Part shown: positions 7,651 through 16,470 of the stretch, piece after piece
Position numbering within the stretch: position 1 is the stretch's first letter
Layout: every line of letters starts with the position of its first letter
Source of the DNA: Oscillospiraceae bacterium
Lineage (GTDB): Bacteria; Bacillota; Clostridia; Oscillospirales; Oscillospiraceae
Assembly: GCA_020025575.1 (NCBI GenBank)
Contig: JAHHRW010000010.1
Coordinates: 250 to 64,249, forward strand
DNA length: 64,000 bases
Reading direction: 5' to 3'
Translations under genes and position numbers: made by a program
The notes under the pieces: model-generated
What the model saw: only the letters and a program-made list of their open reading frames with translations
Database searches by the model: none
What the model was told of the DNA's origin: nothing

Positions 7651-8466
7651 TTATTTTTTCTTATGTTTTGGCAGAGATGCCACAATTACAAGCACCAGCA
7701 AAAACGGTGCTGCAATCACAGCTGCCACAAATTTTGAATCCACCAGCACTGCATCTCCAACTACGTGTGTCTGCGAATCCTCTACATAATCAATCCTCTG
7801 CCCCCGAACCAGAAGGCGGTGGGAATTGATCCCATACGGCGTACATGTAACCAGCGTACAGAGATCTTTTCCATCCTCCGGCATTAGAGACTGCACATTA
7901 TCAGGCTCCACAATCAGAATCTGGTCAACCTGATAGGTCAAAACCTCATCCAATACGCGAATGTGAAAAAGATCCCCTTCTACCATTCGGTCCAGATGCG
8001 TCAGCAGCGTCGCACTGGGCAAGCCTCTGTGCCCGGAAAGAACGCTGTGCGTGCCCGCTCCGCCGATTGGAAGACTGGACCACTCCAAGTGGCCCACCGC
8101 AACCTGAAGGACTGCGTGATCTGTTCCATGGTAAATCGGAAGTTTTACATCAATCGAGGGAATTTCAATATATCCCATAATCCCCGTTCCACCCACGTTC
8201 AACAGGGTCTCATACTGGGCCTTTTGCTCATCGGTGGGCATGAACATATTGTCTCTGTGCTGCTGCGCCTGGTTATAGGCCTCTGCGGCATCCCAAAGCT
8301 CCTGATAACGGTCACTTCCCAGATTCTGAACCTGCTCCTGATAGGATGCAATGGCACGTGATTGGTGTCTTGCATTCCAGAAATCACTGACAGTTGGATA
8401 CAGAAGTAAGGACATGCCAATCAAAAATATGCAAACCAGAAGAATATTGTATAGTCTCTTTTTCAT
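7651..8466 (-). CDS. Class C (pilin-polymerising) sortase
   Basis: TLVTCTPYGINSHRLLVRGQR, SGHRG, and both N- and C-terminal TM segments. RBS GGAGAT precedes the ATG at 8466. Confidence 0.9.
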   Translation of the reverse strand: MKKRLYNILLVCIFLIGMSLLLYPTVSDFWNARHQSRAIASYQEQVQNLGSDRYQELWDAAEAYNQAQQHRDNMFMPTDEQKAQYETLLNVGGTGIMGYIEIPSIDVKLPIYHGTDHAVLQVAVGHLEWSSLPIGGAGTHSVLSGHRGLPSATLLTHLDRMVEGDLFHIRVLDEVLTYQVDQILIVEPDNVQSLMPEDGKDLCTLVTCTPYGINSHRLLVRGQRIDYVEDSQTHVVGDAVLVDSKFVAAVIAAPFLLVLVIVASLPKHKKK

Positions 8467-8539
8467 TGGAATCTCCTTACGCCTGCCCCTTGGGGAGATG
8501 ACTCTCCCCAAGGCCGCAAACTTGCAATAAATATGGATC

Positions 8540-10006
8540 TTATGCGTTGCCGGGGCTGCGCTTCTTCAGCAGCAGCATTGCGCCTGCTACCAGAATCAGA
8601 ATGCCGCCGAGGGCATAGAACATGGTGGTACCAACGCCACCGGTGCTGGGCAGAACAAGACCGGGATGGTTCACAACAGTTGCCTCCAGTGTGCCAGCGG
8701 TATTGTTTCCAGTGAATACAACATTGTCACTTTTCAGTTCAGTCAGCTTGGGTTCATCGGACTGGATATCATGCTCAGCAGTAATGTTGAAAGTGATGGG
8801 CTCCATGGTGTTGTAGCCCTTGGGCGTGGTGGTTTCCTCCAGTCTGTACTCGCCATCATCAATGCCCTTCCAGGTAAAGGTGGTCATCTTGTCACCCTTG
8901 ACTTCTTCACCGACAGGCTGGAAGTCACCATTCTTGTCTTTCTTGTAGAGGGTAAAGCCTGCGCCTTCCAGGGGCTGATCCTCCTCATTAGTCTTGTTGA
9001 CAACTGCCTCATAAGTAAAGACGATAACCTTGTCCTTAGGAGTCTGGCCTACTTTGCCTGTGCCGCTGGGATTTGGGTTGTTGGAGTATTCCAGATAAAC
9101 TTCGTTGGGGTTGCCGGTGGAGCCTACAACTGCCTGCTCATTCAGCTTGGCGGTATAATTCACAGTAATAACAGAACCATTGGTTGCATTGAAAGCTTTG
9201 ACATCGTCACAGGTAATTGTCAGAGTATTACCTGTAGAACCGGGTCCAATTTCAAAGTGTCCTGTAACATCTGTACCATTGAACATGACCTGTGCATCCT
9301 TATTATAGGTCAGGCCGGCAGAGAGCGTGTCGTGGAAAACAATCTTGTAAGATTTGTAGCTGGAAACATTGTCTGCAAGGGTTGCAGTGAGCTGGAAGGG
9401 AACATCGTCGCCGATGTCGTAGTCTGCAGAATCCTGCCAACCGGTGGTAACATTGGTGGAATCATTGGTATCCTGGACCTTCTTCTCAACCTGAGGGACG
9501 CTGGACTTGGGCGTAGCAGATACATTGCCGACAACTTCCATGATGTAGGAAGTGTAAGCATCATTTCCGGAAACGGATTTATCCTTGTCCTTAATCAGAT
9601 AGTAACCGGCTTCCAGATCGCTGATGGTGTAGCTGCCTTCACCTGCAACACTGGGCTTTGCATTTTCCCCATTCAGAAAAGTTTCAAGTTCATTTGCAAA
9701 TGTGCGGGCAGCATCAGAATCGGTGAGTTCTTTTGCTTTGTCAGCTGCCTTACCGAACTTCGTCTCGGCAGCGGTAGTAACACCAGTACCCCACTTGATA
9801 TCAGACAGGACCTTCTCCTGATCTTCATTTTCAAACAGCGTTGCTGCAAAAATCTGATAAGCCTCATAGGTGTGGCCAGGCTGGGCATTCTCGATGGTAA
9901 TGGAGAACTTGGGGGGCTCCGCAGCCGGCATTTCGGCTGCATGGGCAACGATGCCCAGGGTGAAAACCATGGTGAAGACCATGATCATGCTAAGAAAACG
10001 TTTCAT
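8540..10006 (-). CDS. LPXTG-anchored major pilin (isopeptide/Cna-B-type backbone subunit)
   Basis: Signal peptide, E-box-like YRLEETTTPKGY, and LPSTGG plus TM plus KKRSPGNA. The alternative start at 10024 has no RBS; 10006 follows AAAGGAAAG. Confidence 0.85.
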   Translation of the reverse strand: MKRFLSMIMVFTMVFTLGIVAHAAEMPAAEPPKFSITIENAQPGHTYEAYQIFAATLFENEDQEKVLSDIKWGTGVTTAAETKFGKAADKAKELTDSDAARTFANELETFLNGENAKPSVAGEGSYTISDLEAGYYLIKDKDKSVSGNDAYTSYIMEVVGNVSATPKSSVPQVEKKVQDTNDSTNVTTGWQDSADYDIGDDVPFQLTATLADNVSSYKSYKIVFHDTLSAGLTYNKDAQVMFNGTDVTGHFEIGPGSTGNTLTITCDDVKAFNATNGSVITVNYTAKLNEQAVVGSTGNPNEVYLEYSNNPNPSGTGKVGQTPKDKVIVFTYEAVVNKTNEEDQPLEGAGFTLYKKDKNGDFQPVGEEVKGDKMTTFTWKGIDDGEYRLEETTTPKGYNTMEPITFNITAEHDIQSDEPKLTELKSDNVVFTGNNTAGTLEATVVNHPGLVLPSTGGVGTTMFYALGGILILVAGAMLLLKKRSPGNA

Positions 10007-10051
10007 ATCTTTCTTTCCTTTCATCTTATAAATTTCGTGTTGCTACACACA

Positions 10052-13000
10052 TTATTGACTGCACTTTCTTTTCTTGGAGTGGCAATACGCCATCCACATT
10101 GCGCTGCACATGAGAACCAAACCTGCAAGGACATACGGTTCTGTACCGATTCCGCCGGTTTCAGGCAGGCTATCGATGCACAGCTTGTTGGTAATTGTGA
10201 TCGTAAATCCATCCGTCACCGCATGAACCTCCATACCGGAATCAGACTTGTAGGCAACCTGGAACGGCGTTCGGTTCACATACCCCATGGTACCCGGCAG
10301 AATTGGATTGGAATCTTCGTCCAGCTCATACACATAGTATTTCTCTCCCAGATTCAGATCCACAAAAGTGCCCTTCTGATTGGCTGTCGTCTCTGTAAAT
10401 TTCAGCGTAACGATCTGAAGAGGCTTACCCGTTCCCTCTGGATTGTCAAACAGACCAAAGCGGTACTCTCCGGGAATTGGATTGATCGCCGTTCCGTCCA
10501 CATTCTGGAATTGTTTCTCTACCGTAACCTCACCCCTGCTGTTGGGTGCTTTGAAGACATGGATTGCAGAGGCATAGTGAACATGGACACCCTCGGGATA
10601 AGGGGGATATTGGTCGTCCACTTTTTTAGCAACGATGAAGTCGTACGGATCTGCGTCTAAGACATATCCTTCCGGTGCGCGGGTTTCCTGAATACGATAG
10701 ACCGTATTGTATTTCATCGGTTTATCAGAACGATTGTCGGTACCGAAGGTCAGTGTCCCATCACTCCCCGTTGTACCAGTCCAAATTTCCCCATTCCCCT
10801 GGAAGACGCCATTTTCCATGGTGCCCTCTTCCATTTGGAATTGCGCACCGGGAAGGTAATGTGTAATATCGTTTTTATCGTATTTCAGAATCTGAACCTT
10901 AGGTGTTCCGTCGCCTCCGGCCGTGCCGCCAATCGTATAGTGGAAGTTCTCAATGACAACACTGTCACCGCCATTCTGGGAATAGCCCATCCAGTAAGCA
11001 TTGTTTGAAAGCGTAATATGCGTATCCGGAACCGCATGAATGTGGGTGATATAGGTGATTGTCAGCGGCTGATTATCCGGAACCGGAATCATCAGGGTCT
11101 GATTATCGTATGCAGGCTTAACAGGCACTGTCTCATTTGTCCGGGAATTCACGACCCGAATGCTCTCAACGTCCAAACTCAGCGTCTGACTCATCTCATC
11201 CACCAACGTTATGGTATCTCCACCCTTGAGCAAGTCCTCTCCATTGGGATTGACTGCAATTGTAAAGTGGATGGAATTTCCCACTGTGGCAGAAGTTTTA
11301 TCAATAGTCTTGACGGACACCTTGACACCGCTGGACGAGGAATCCATCTGCGTTCCGTCTGTATGCTGAAGGTACACCTGATTGACAAATTCTTTTTCGA
11401 TTCCGCCCTGAAGAACCTCTGGGTCGGTCACGCGGCACACAATTTGAAAGTCCACAGCATAGACATCCATCTCATGTCCTGCCACCAGATTCTCTACTTC
11501 CCACAGCACCTGATCTCCATTGGTGTAGTAGTAGCTGGTCCTGTTTCCCAAATTGGAATCCAGCTCTGCCTGAACAGAATGTTCTGTCCAGCCGGGGCCA
11601 AGCGCTCGCTGATAGTCCGGAATCTGAGCCATCTGAATGCCGCTGTTCCGGGTTTTCTCTCCGATCCACTTCAGCCGGGCAAAGGCAATTTCCATTCCCT
11701 CTGGGATCTGATCCACAACACGGTAACGTCCAGCCAAATCTCCGCCATAATTGACCTTGGATGCCCAAGCAATATAGTGGCCGGGATTTTTAAGCAGAGC
11801 TTTCGGAACATTTCCTAACCTACCCGTCTCAAGATTTGTAATGTTTTTTCCATCAAACTTGAAGAATGTTCCAAATTCTTTCAGAATATTCTGGCCGCCA
11901 TAGAGTACCTTTGTCGCCATTCCATAGTTGACCATCGTATCCTCACTGGAGCCAACATCAAGATAATTGGTATAAAGCTTCTTGGTTCGTGTTCCGCTGG
12001 GCAGAGGATCCGGCTCTGATCTGAGGATCAGGAATACCGATTCGTTGTTCTCAAGGGGGATACTCTTGCGCATTTTCACATAAACCGCGCTATACGTATT
12101 TTCCCGATTAAAGTTCAGTTCGTCCTTATAAGTAATCTCGCAGTAGTCCTCGGTGGAAAGCTGTGACACATGGCCGCTGCCTACCAGAGACTGTACATCT
12201 GCATAATCATTGAACCGAACGCCATCCGGGAGATTCCCTTTATAGATTCCTACGAAGGAGTCGCTGCGGAAATAAATGTTTCCCCGCTCATGGTGTGCAC
12301 CTTCGGTTTTTACGAAATCCTTGATCACAGTTCCCTCATGAAGTTGACTGCCATCAATCTGAATCCCCCAATAAATTGCGCCGTTTGACCAAACGCCTGT
12401 GGATACATTTGGTTTTTGGTAATACCATTCCTTCTTTACGGCTTCGATGGCGTATCCGCCCTGAATGCTGATCTCAGCCTCGGAACTAAAACCACCGATC
12501 TGGAATTTCTCTCCGTCTTTAACAACTGTGCCGACAATATTCGCAGTGTTACTGACGTTCACCTTGTTAATCGTCCCGACATTCACAGCGGATGCGTAGT
12601 AGGTAAATTGATAAGCATAGGTATTATCAGCAAATCCAATATCCGAAAGACGGAGCTGAAAGGCATTCATTCCACCGATCTTGACCCAGTGGGTTTCAAC
12701 CAATGCCCCCAGGGGATCGCTGCCCTCACCTTTGGTGTTAAAGGCATCTACCCGGAGATATCCAGTGTACTGGATATAGTTTTTGCTCAAAGTGTCCTTG
12801 ATCACAGCCTCGGTAATATCCCAATCCCCCAAATGATTAAAGGTAATCGTATAGGGATAGCTGCCGGCAGGAACATTGAAATTCTGGGGTGGATTCGACT
12901 CTGCCACGATCGTACCGCTTGTGGCATCGTATACATTATTCTGAGGAAGATCTACCGTCAGGGCTTCACCCAGCGGATCAGATACATTTTTCTTGATCCA

Positions 13001-15154
13001 GTTCTTATAGCCGAGGTCACAATTATCATTGAAACCCTGGATATAGTCCTTTCCAGGCATCTGCGCATTGTCCGCAGTTGCAACGACTCTGTTTTTCACT
13101 GTTAACAGATCCACATTGGCTGCGCCGAATGCTTTTGCATCCACAATCACATCGTACTGCATACAATACGCTTCTCCGGGAGCCATATCCCCCACGGATA
13201 CGGTGAATTCCTGCCCGTCTTTCGTGTATTGAAGTTTTGGGAAGGAACCATCCGATTTATTCAGTTCCATGGGCGTTCCTTCTGCCTGCTTGGAGTGATA
13301 CAGTTTGAAGGATGCCTCATCATAGCGGATATGAGGCAGTGCCTTTTCATTGGTGATCTTCAGACTGTCCTTCACCTGCACCTCACCGAGAACATGGTTA
13401 TTGCTGCTCGGTGCCTCAAACCATACGGTGTAAGTGATCTTATGGCTGCCATCCTCCGGATTCCGCACCGGGGAACTATGAGATTTCCTCATATCCAGAT
13501 CTACCTGGGGGGTGAAATCTGCAACAGCATCATTCTTTTTATAGGTCTTGCTGTAAACCTTCGCTCTGTTTCGCAGCGGTTCATTGGTAATTTTATCTTC
13601 GTGTTGATCCGACAGCTTGACACGATAGGTCAAAGTGCGCTGCTCATTGGCATTCATATTGCCGATCTTCCAGACGAGACTGCCCGATTTCGCAATATCT
13701 GTTCCATTTTCAGGCGGAATGGGCTGGCTTTCCGTGGGAATACCGCCCTGATATATCCAGCCATGCTCCCTTCCGTCCTGGATTCCCTCTCTGGGAATCC
13801 CCTCCCCGCTCAATCGGGTGGGGATCGGCGTAACGCCCACATATTCCGCATACTCGCCGTTATTTTCAAAATAGTCCACTACCTTTACATCCGGACTGCC
13901 GTCTTCGCCGGCTGTAACCGTCAGCGTATACTCCAGATAGTGAACATCGTTCTCTGAAATTACAGTCTTGGAAACAGACTTCGAGATTTCAAGTTGGCCG
14001 AATTTTGCAATTGAATCGGTATCAAAAGACGGTGTGATATGTACATCCCCAAACACAATGTCCAATGCCCCGTCGTCTGTGGGCACTTCAGAAAGATCGA
14101 TTTCACTTTGTACATAGAACGTTCCGTTCAGGACTCCGTTATTTGTGTCCTGCAAATGCTCCAGCCAGGACTGCTCAAACGTCAGTGTCAACATATGCCC
14201 CGAACTGGTGATGGAGCCAACTGTTGCATGATTTTCGTCTTTGATCTCACCCTGAGCCACAGGGTTGCGCATAATCTTCGGAACCTCAAAACTCAGCTGG
14301 CACCCGCTTGCAATCAATTTAGAAATGGGAACATGCTCGTATTCAATATCCAACCGCAATTTTGCATCGCCGGGAATGTTCACACCTTCCTGCATGTCCT
14401 GCCATTCGGCACCCGAATCACTTGCTTTATCCTTATACCGGAGCCTTGCTTTTTCTACGTATTCGTTCACATCAATCGGAGTCTTTTCTCCCACCAAATC
14501 CGCAGTTTCTTCGTCAGCTGTTTCCACAGGTTCCGCATCCATGATTTCAGATACTGTTTTCTCCGGTTTTGCATCCGTGATTTCAGGTACTGTTTCCTCA
14601 GGTTCCGCATCTGCGAATTCAGAAACGTTTTCCCCGAGAATGACCTGCTCATCGGGAGCCGCAGCCATTGTGGCAGGGACCGTGCTCTCTTGCGGGGTCT
14701 CAGTCAATTCATCCGGTCTGGCCTCAGATTGCTGATTTTCTGTAGCCTGGGTCTGAGGCACAGCGGTGGGCTCTTGTGTCTGCTCAGTCTCCGTTGGAAT
14801 TTCTTCCTGTATTTTTCTGCACGCATCCGCGTGGATATGTTCAGGAATCTGGCAAATCAGCACCTTCTCCGTTTCCTCAACCGCCACCACTTGGGTATCT
14901 TCGGGCACTGTGTTTTGCATCAGCTCTCCATTATCCGCAGGCAGATTTTCCTTTTCCTGCTGATTGCTGGAAAGCTGCGCATAACAGGTATCCGTGTGCT
15001 GGTGTTCCTCCAGACCGCACTTGCTGTCCATTGCAATTGCCGGCAGGGTCAGCGCGCAGATCGTCGAAACCGCTACAACGCACGAAAGCCCCGCTACAAT
15101 CGTCTTCCATGTATATTGATGATTATGATTCTTCCATTTACGCATGGATGTCAC
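10052..15154 (-). CDS. Giant (1700 aa) LPXTG surface adhesin, likely the pilus tip subunit
   Basis: GTG start, N-terminal TM/signal segment, E/P/T-rich repeats, C-terminal Cna-B-like modules (YRIQETRAPEGY), and LPETGG plus TM plus KKRK. Confidence 0.85.
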   Translation of the reverse strand: MTSMRKWKNHNHQYTWKTIVAGLSCVVAVSTICALTLPAIAMDSKCGLEEHQHTDTCYAQLSSNQQEKENLPADNGELMQNTVPEDTQVVAVEETEKVLICQIPEHIHADACRKIQEEIPTETEQTQEPTAVPQTQATENQQSEARPDELTETPQESTVPATMAAAPDEQVILGENVSEFADAEPEETVPEITDAKPEKTVSEIMDAEPVETADEETADLVGEKTPIDVNEYVEKARLRYKDKASDSGAEWQDMQEGVNIPGDAKLRLDIEYEHVPISKLIASGCQLSFEVPKIMRNPVAQGEIKDENHATVGSITSSGHMLTLTFEQSWLEHLQDTNNGVLNGTFYVQSEIDLSEVPTDDGALDIVFGDVHITPSFDTDSIAKFGQLEISKSVSKTVISENDVHYLEYTLTVTAGEDGSPDVKVVDYFENNGEYAEYVGVTPIPTRLSGEGIPREGIQDGREHGWIYQGGIPTESQPIPPENGTDIAKSGSLVWKIGNMNANEQRTLTYRVKLSDQHEDKITNEPLRNRAKVYSKTYKKNDAVADFTPQVDLDMRKSHSSPVRNPEDGSHKITYTVWFEAPSSNNHVLGEVQVKDSLKITNEKALPHIRYDEASFKLYHSKQAEGTPMELNKSDGSFPKLQYTKDGQEFTVSVGDMAPGEAYCMQYDVIVDAKAFGAANVDLLTVKNRVVATADNAQMPGKDYIQGFNDNCDLGYKNWIKKNVSDPLGEALTVDLPQNNVYDATSGTIVAESNPPQNFNVPAGSYPYTITFNHLGDWDITEAVIKDTLSKNYIQYTGYLRVDAFNTKGEGSDPLGALVETHWVKIGGMNAFQLRLSDIGFADNTYAYQFTYYASAVNVGTINKVNVSNTANIVGTVVKDGEKFQIGGFSSEAEISIQGGYAIEAVKKEWYYQKPNVSTGVWSNGAIYWGIQIDGSQLHEGTVIKDFVKTEGAHHERGNIYFRSDSFVGIYKGNLPDGVRFNDYADVQSLVGSGHVSQLSTEDYCEITYKDELNFNRENTYSAVYVKMRKSIPLENNESVFLILRSEPDPLPSGTRTKKLYTNYLDVGSSEDTMVNYGMATKVLYGGQNILKEFGTFFKFDGKNITNLETGRLGNVPKALLKNPGHYIAWASKVNYGGDLAGRYRVVDQIPEGMEIAFARLKWIGEKTRNSGIQMAQIPDYQRALGPGWTEHSVQAELDSNLGNRTSYYYTNGDQVLWEVENLVAGHEMDVYAVDFQIVCRVTDPEVLQGGIEKEFVNQVYLQHTDGTQMDSSSSGVKVSVKTIDKTSATVGNSIHFTIAVNPNGEDLLKGGDTITLVDEMSQTLSLDVESIRVVNSRTNETVPVKPAYDNQTLMIPVPDNQPLTITYITHIHAVPDTHITLSNNAYWMGYSQNGGDSVVIENFHYTIGGTAGGDGTPKVQILKYDKNDITHYLPGAQFQMEEGTMENGVFQGNGEIWTGTTGSDGTLTFGTDNRSDKPMKYNTVYRIQETRAPEGYVLDADPYDFIVAKKVDDQYPPYPEGVHVHYASAIHVFKAPNSRGEVTVEKQFQNVDGTAINPIPGEYRFGLFDNPEGTGKPLQIVTLKFTETTANQKGTFVDLNLGEKYYVYELDEDSNPILPGTMGYVNRTPFQVAYKSDSGMEVHAVTDGFTITITNKLCIDSLPETGGIGTEPYVLAGLVLMCSAMWMAYCHSKKRKCSQ
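14529..14636. repeat. Three tandem 36-bp in-frame repeats inside the adhesin gene
   Basis: Units at 14529-14564, 14565-14600 and 14601-14636 encode VSEFADAEPEET / VPEITDAKPEKT / VSEIMDAEPVET. Confidence 0.8.
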
Positions 15155-15160
15155 CCCTTT

Positions 15161-15757
15161 CTAGCGGATCATGCCAATATTTGCAAACGGCCAAATACGC
15201 CACACTACTTTTCCCACAATTTGTTCCTGGGAAACACAACCGACCGCTGTATTTCTCGAGTCAATCGATGTCTCGCGTTGATCTCCCATCACAAAAAATT
15301 TCCCATCGGGCACTTGATACGGCAATTCAATATTTGTATCACCCAACGCTTGACTGGACAGATACGGCTCTTCCAGCTCAGTCCCGTTGACCGTAACCGT
15401 ACCGGTTTCGTCAATATTGATCCAGTCCCCTGCACGTCCAATCACGCGCTTTACCAGAACTTTATTGTTGTAATAAAATGCGATTACATCTCCCGAATCA
15501 ATATCCGAATTCTTAATCGCAACCGTGATATCCCCGCTTTCCATGGTCGGAGCCATGGACGTTCCGTAAATACGCATTACAGGCAGAAAAAGAGTCGCCA
15601 GCAAAACTGCTGCCGCGGCAACCGTAAGCAGGATATACACGGCTCGTCCCAGCATAGATCGATAGCGGTCTTTATTTTGAACTCTCTTTAATTCTGCCTC
15701 CAGCGCCTCCGTTGTGGGGATTTCGGGAAAATCATGTTTCTTCATAGCATTGCTCAT
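15161..15757 (-). CDS. Signal peptidase I (S26), co-transcribed with the pilus genes
   Basis: GTSMAPT (Ser), LVKRVIG (Lys), GDQRETSIDSR. Only a 6-nt gap separates it from the adhesin gene. Confidence 0.9.
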   Translation of the reverse strand: MSNAMKKHDFPEIPTTEALEAELKRVQNKDRYRSMLGRAVYILLTVAAAAVLLATLFLPVMRIYGTSMAPTMESGDITVAIKNSDIDSGDVIAFYYNNKVLVKRVIGRAGDWINIDETGTVTVNGTELEEPYLSSQALGDTNIELPYQVPDGKFFVMGDQRETSIDSRNTAVGCVSQEQIVGKVVWRIWPFANIGMIR

Positions 15758-15760
15758 TTC

Positions 15761-16177
15761 TTATTCCAGTGGCAGCGCATTTTTCAGGCCTTCCGACACT
15801 TGCTGCACCTGCTGCGCTTTCTGATGGGACGGTTCCCTGTAGGCATCAGCCTGACGCTGCGCATCCAGAATCATTTGCTCGCATTTTTCTTTTGTCCTGC
15901 GTTCCATCTCGGTACAGATGCGTTCCTGCTGTTCGCTGCGCTGCTTTATATTTTCGATGTATTGCTGGCAGGCTGCCTGCGCCGTTTCAAAGACGCCATT
16001 GAGTATCAGGGAGGCCTCTGCAATGGATCCGCAGGTTTCAATCTTGATCTGCCGATTGGCCAGCTGCTGATTTGCAATCTTTAACTCCTGCTGAAGTCGA
16101 TCGATTTCACGATTCTGCTGCAATAAAATATCAAGCAAATCTGCGCGTTTCATTCTCTTTAATTCTTTATCCACCAT
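15761..16177 (-). CDS. Coiled-coil protein of unknown function, first gene of the operon
   Basis: MVDKELKRMKRADLLDILLQQNREIDRLQQEL...; a 3-nt gap to the signal peptidase gene. The track start at 16267 would overlap the predicted -10, so the exact start is uncertain. Confidence 0.55.
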   Translation of the reverse strand: MVDKELKRMKRADLLDILLQQNREIDRLQQELKIANQQLANRQIKIETCGSIAEASLILNGVFETAQAACQQYIENIKQRSEQQERICTEMERRTKEKCEQMILDAQRQADAYREPSHQKAQQVQQVSEGLKNALPLE

Positions 16178-16265
16178 ATCTGCTGTCACCCATATTGTAC
16201 GATTATCGTTTATTTCTGATATTTCTGAATTGCATATTTTCTGATGCCAGGTTAGCGTAAAATGC

Positions 16266-16300
16266 ATTATACTAGATCACCCATTACACAACCCATTACA
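16266..16300 (-). promoter_or_regulatory. Promoter candidate: TATAAT plus two perfect 10-nt direct repeats in the -35 region
   Basis: On the minus strand, TGTAATGGGT occurs at 16300-16291 and at 16288-16279 (12-bp period). Seven nt follow, then TATAAT (16271-16266). Confidence 0.4.
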
Positions 16301-16382
16301 TACGATCATATTATTTGTGTTATGTAAAATTTTTCCTAAAATTTATGATTTTTTCCGAAATGTCCCTGCGACATATGGACAG

Positions 16383-16426
16383 AAAATAAAAACCATTGCA
16401 GCTCAATTTGATACTGCAATGGTTTT
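16383..16426 (-). terminator. Rho-independent terminator after the EAL gene
   Basis: A 13-bp stem (aaaaccattgcag / ctgcaatggtttt), then TTTTTATTTT on the minus strand. Confidence 0.7.
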
Positions 16427-16470
16427 CAATCCATTATGGCATTTCGTATATATGATGCGTCTGAAAAAAA

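Noticed and set aside
8666-10660. 664-aa ORF on the plus strand
   Set aside because: It lies entirely antisense to the major pilin and adhesin genes, which have signal peptides, LPXTG signals and RBSs. Its translation is low-complexity (G/I/L/V/C-rich) with no start context. It is a mirror-frame artefact.
14529-14636. CRISPR-like regular 36-bp repeats
   Set aside because: The units are contiguous with no spacers, lie in frame inside the adhesin CDS and encode a 12-aa protein repeat. This is not a CRISPR array.
14039-15691. 550-aa plus-strand ORF, with nested ORFs at 14265-14735 and 14776-15390
   Set aside because: It is antisense to the adhesin 5' end and to the signal peptidase gene. The composition is Arg/Cys/His-rich nonsense with no RBS.
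16178-16470. Possible c-di-GMP riboswitch in the pilus operon leader
   Set aside because: I looked for one because c-di-GMP genes flank the operon, and in C. difficile sortase-anchored adhesins are controlled by such riboswitches. The leader of about 80 nt is AT-rich and shows none of the GEMM-I/II conserved cores I can recall.
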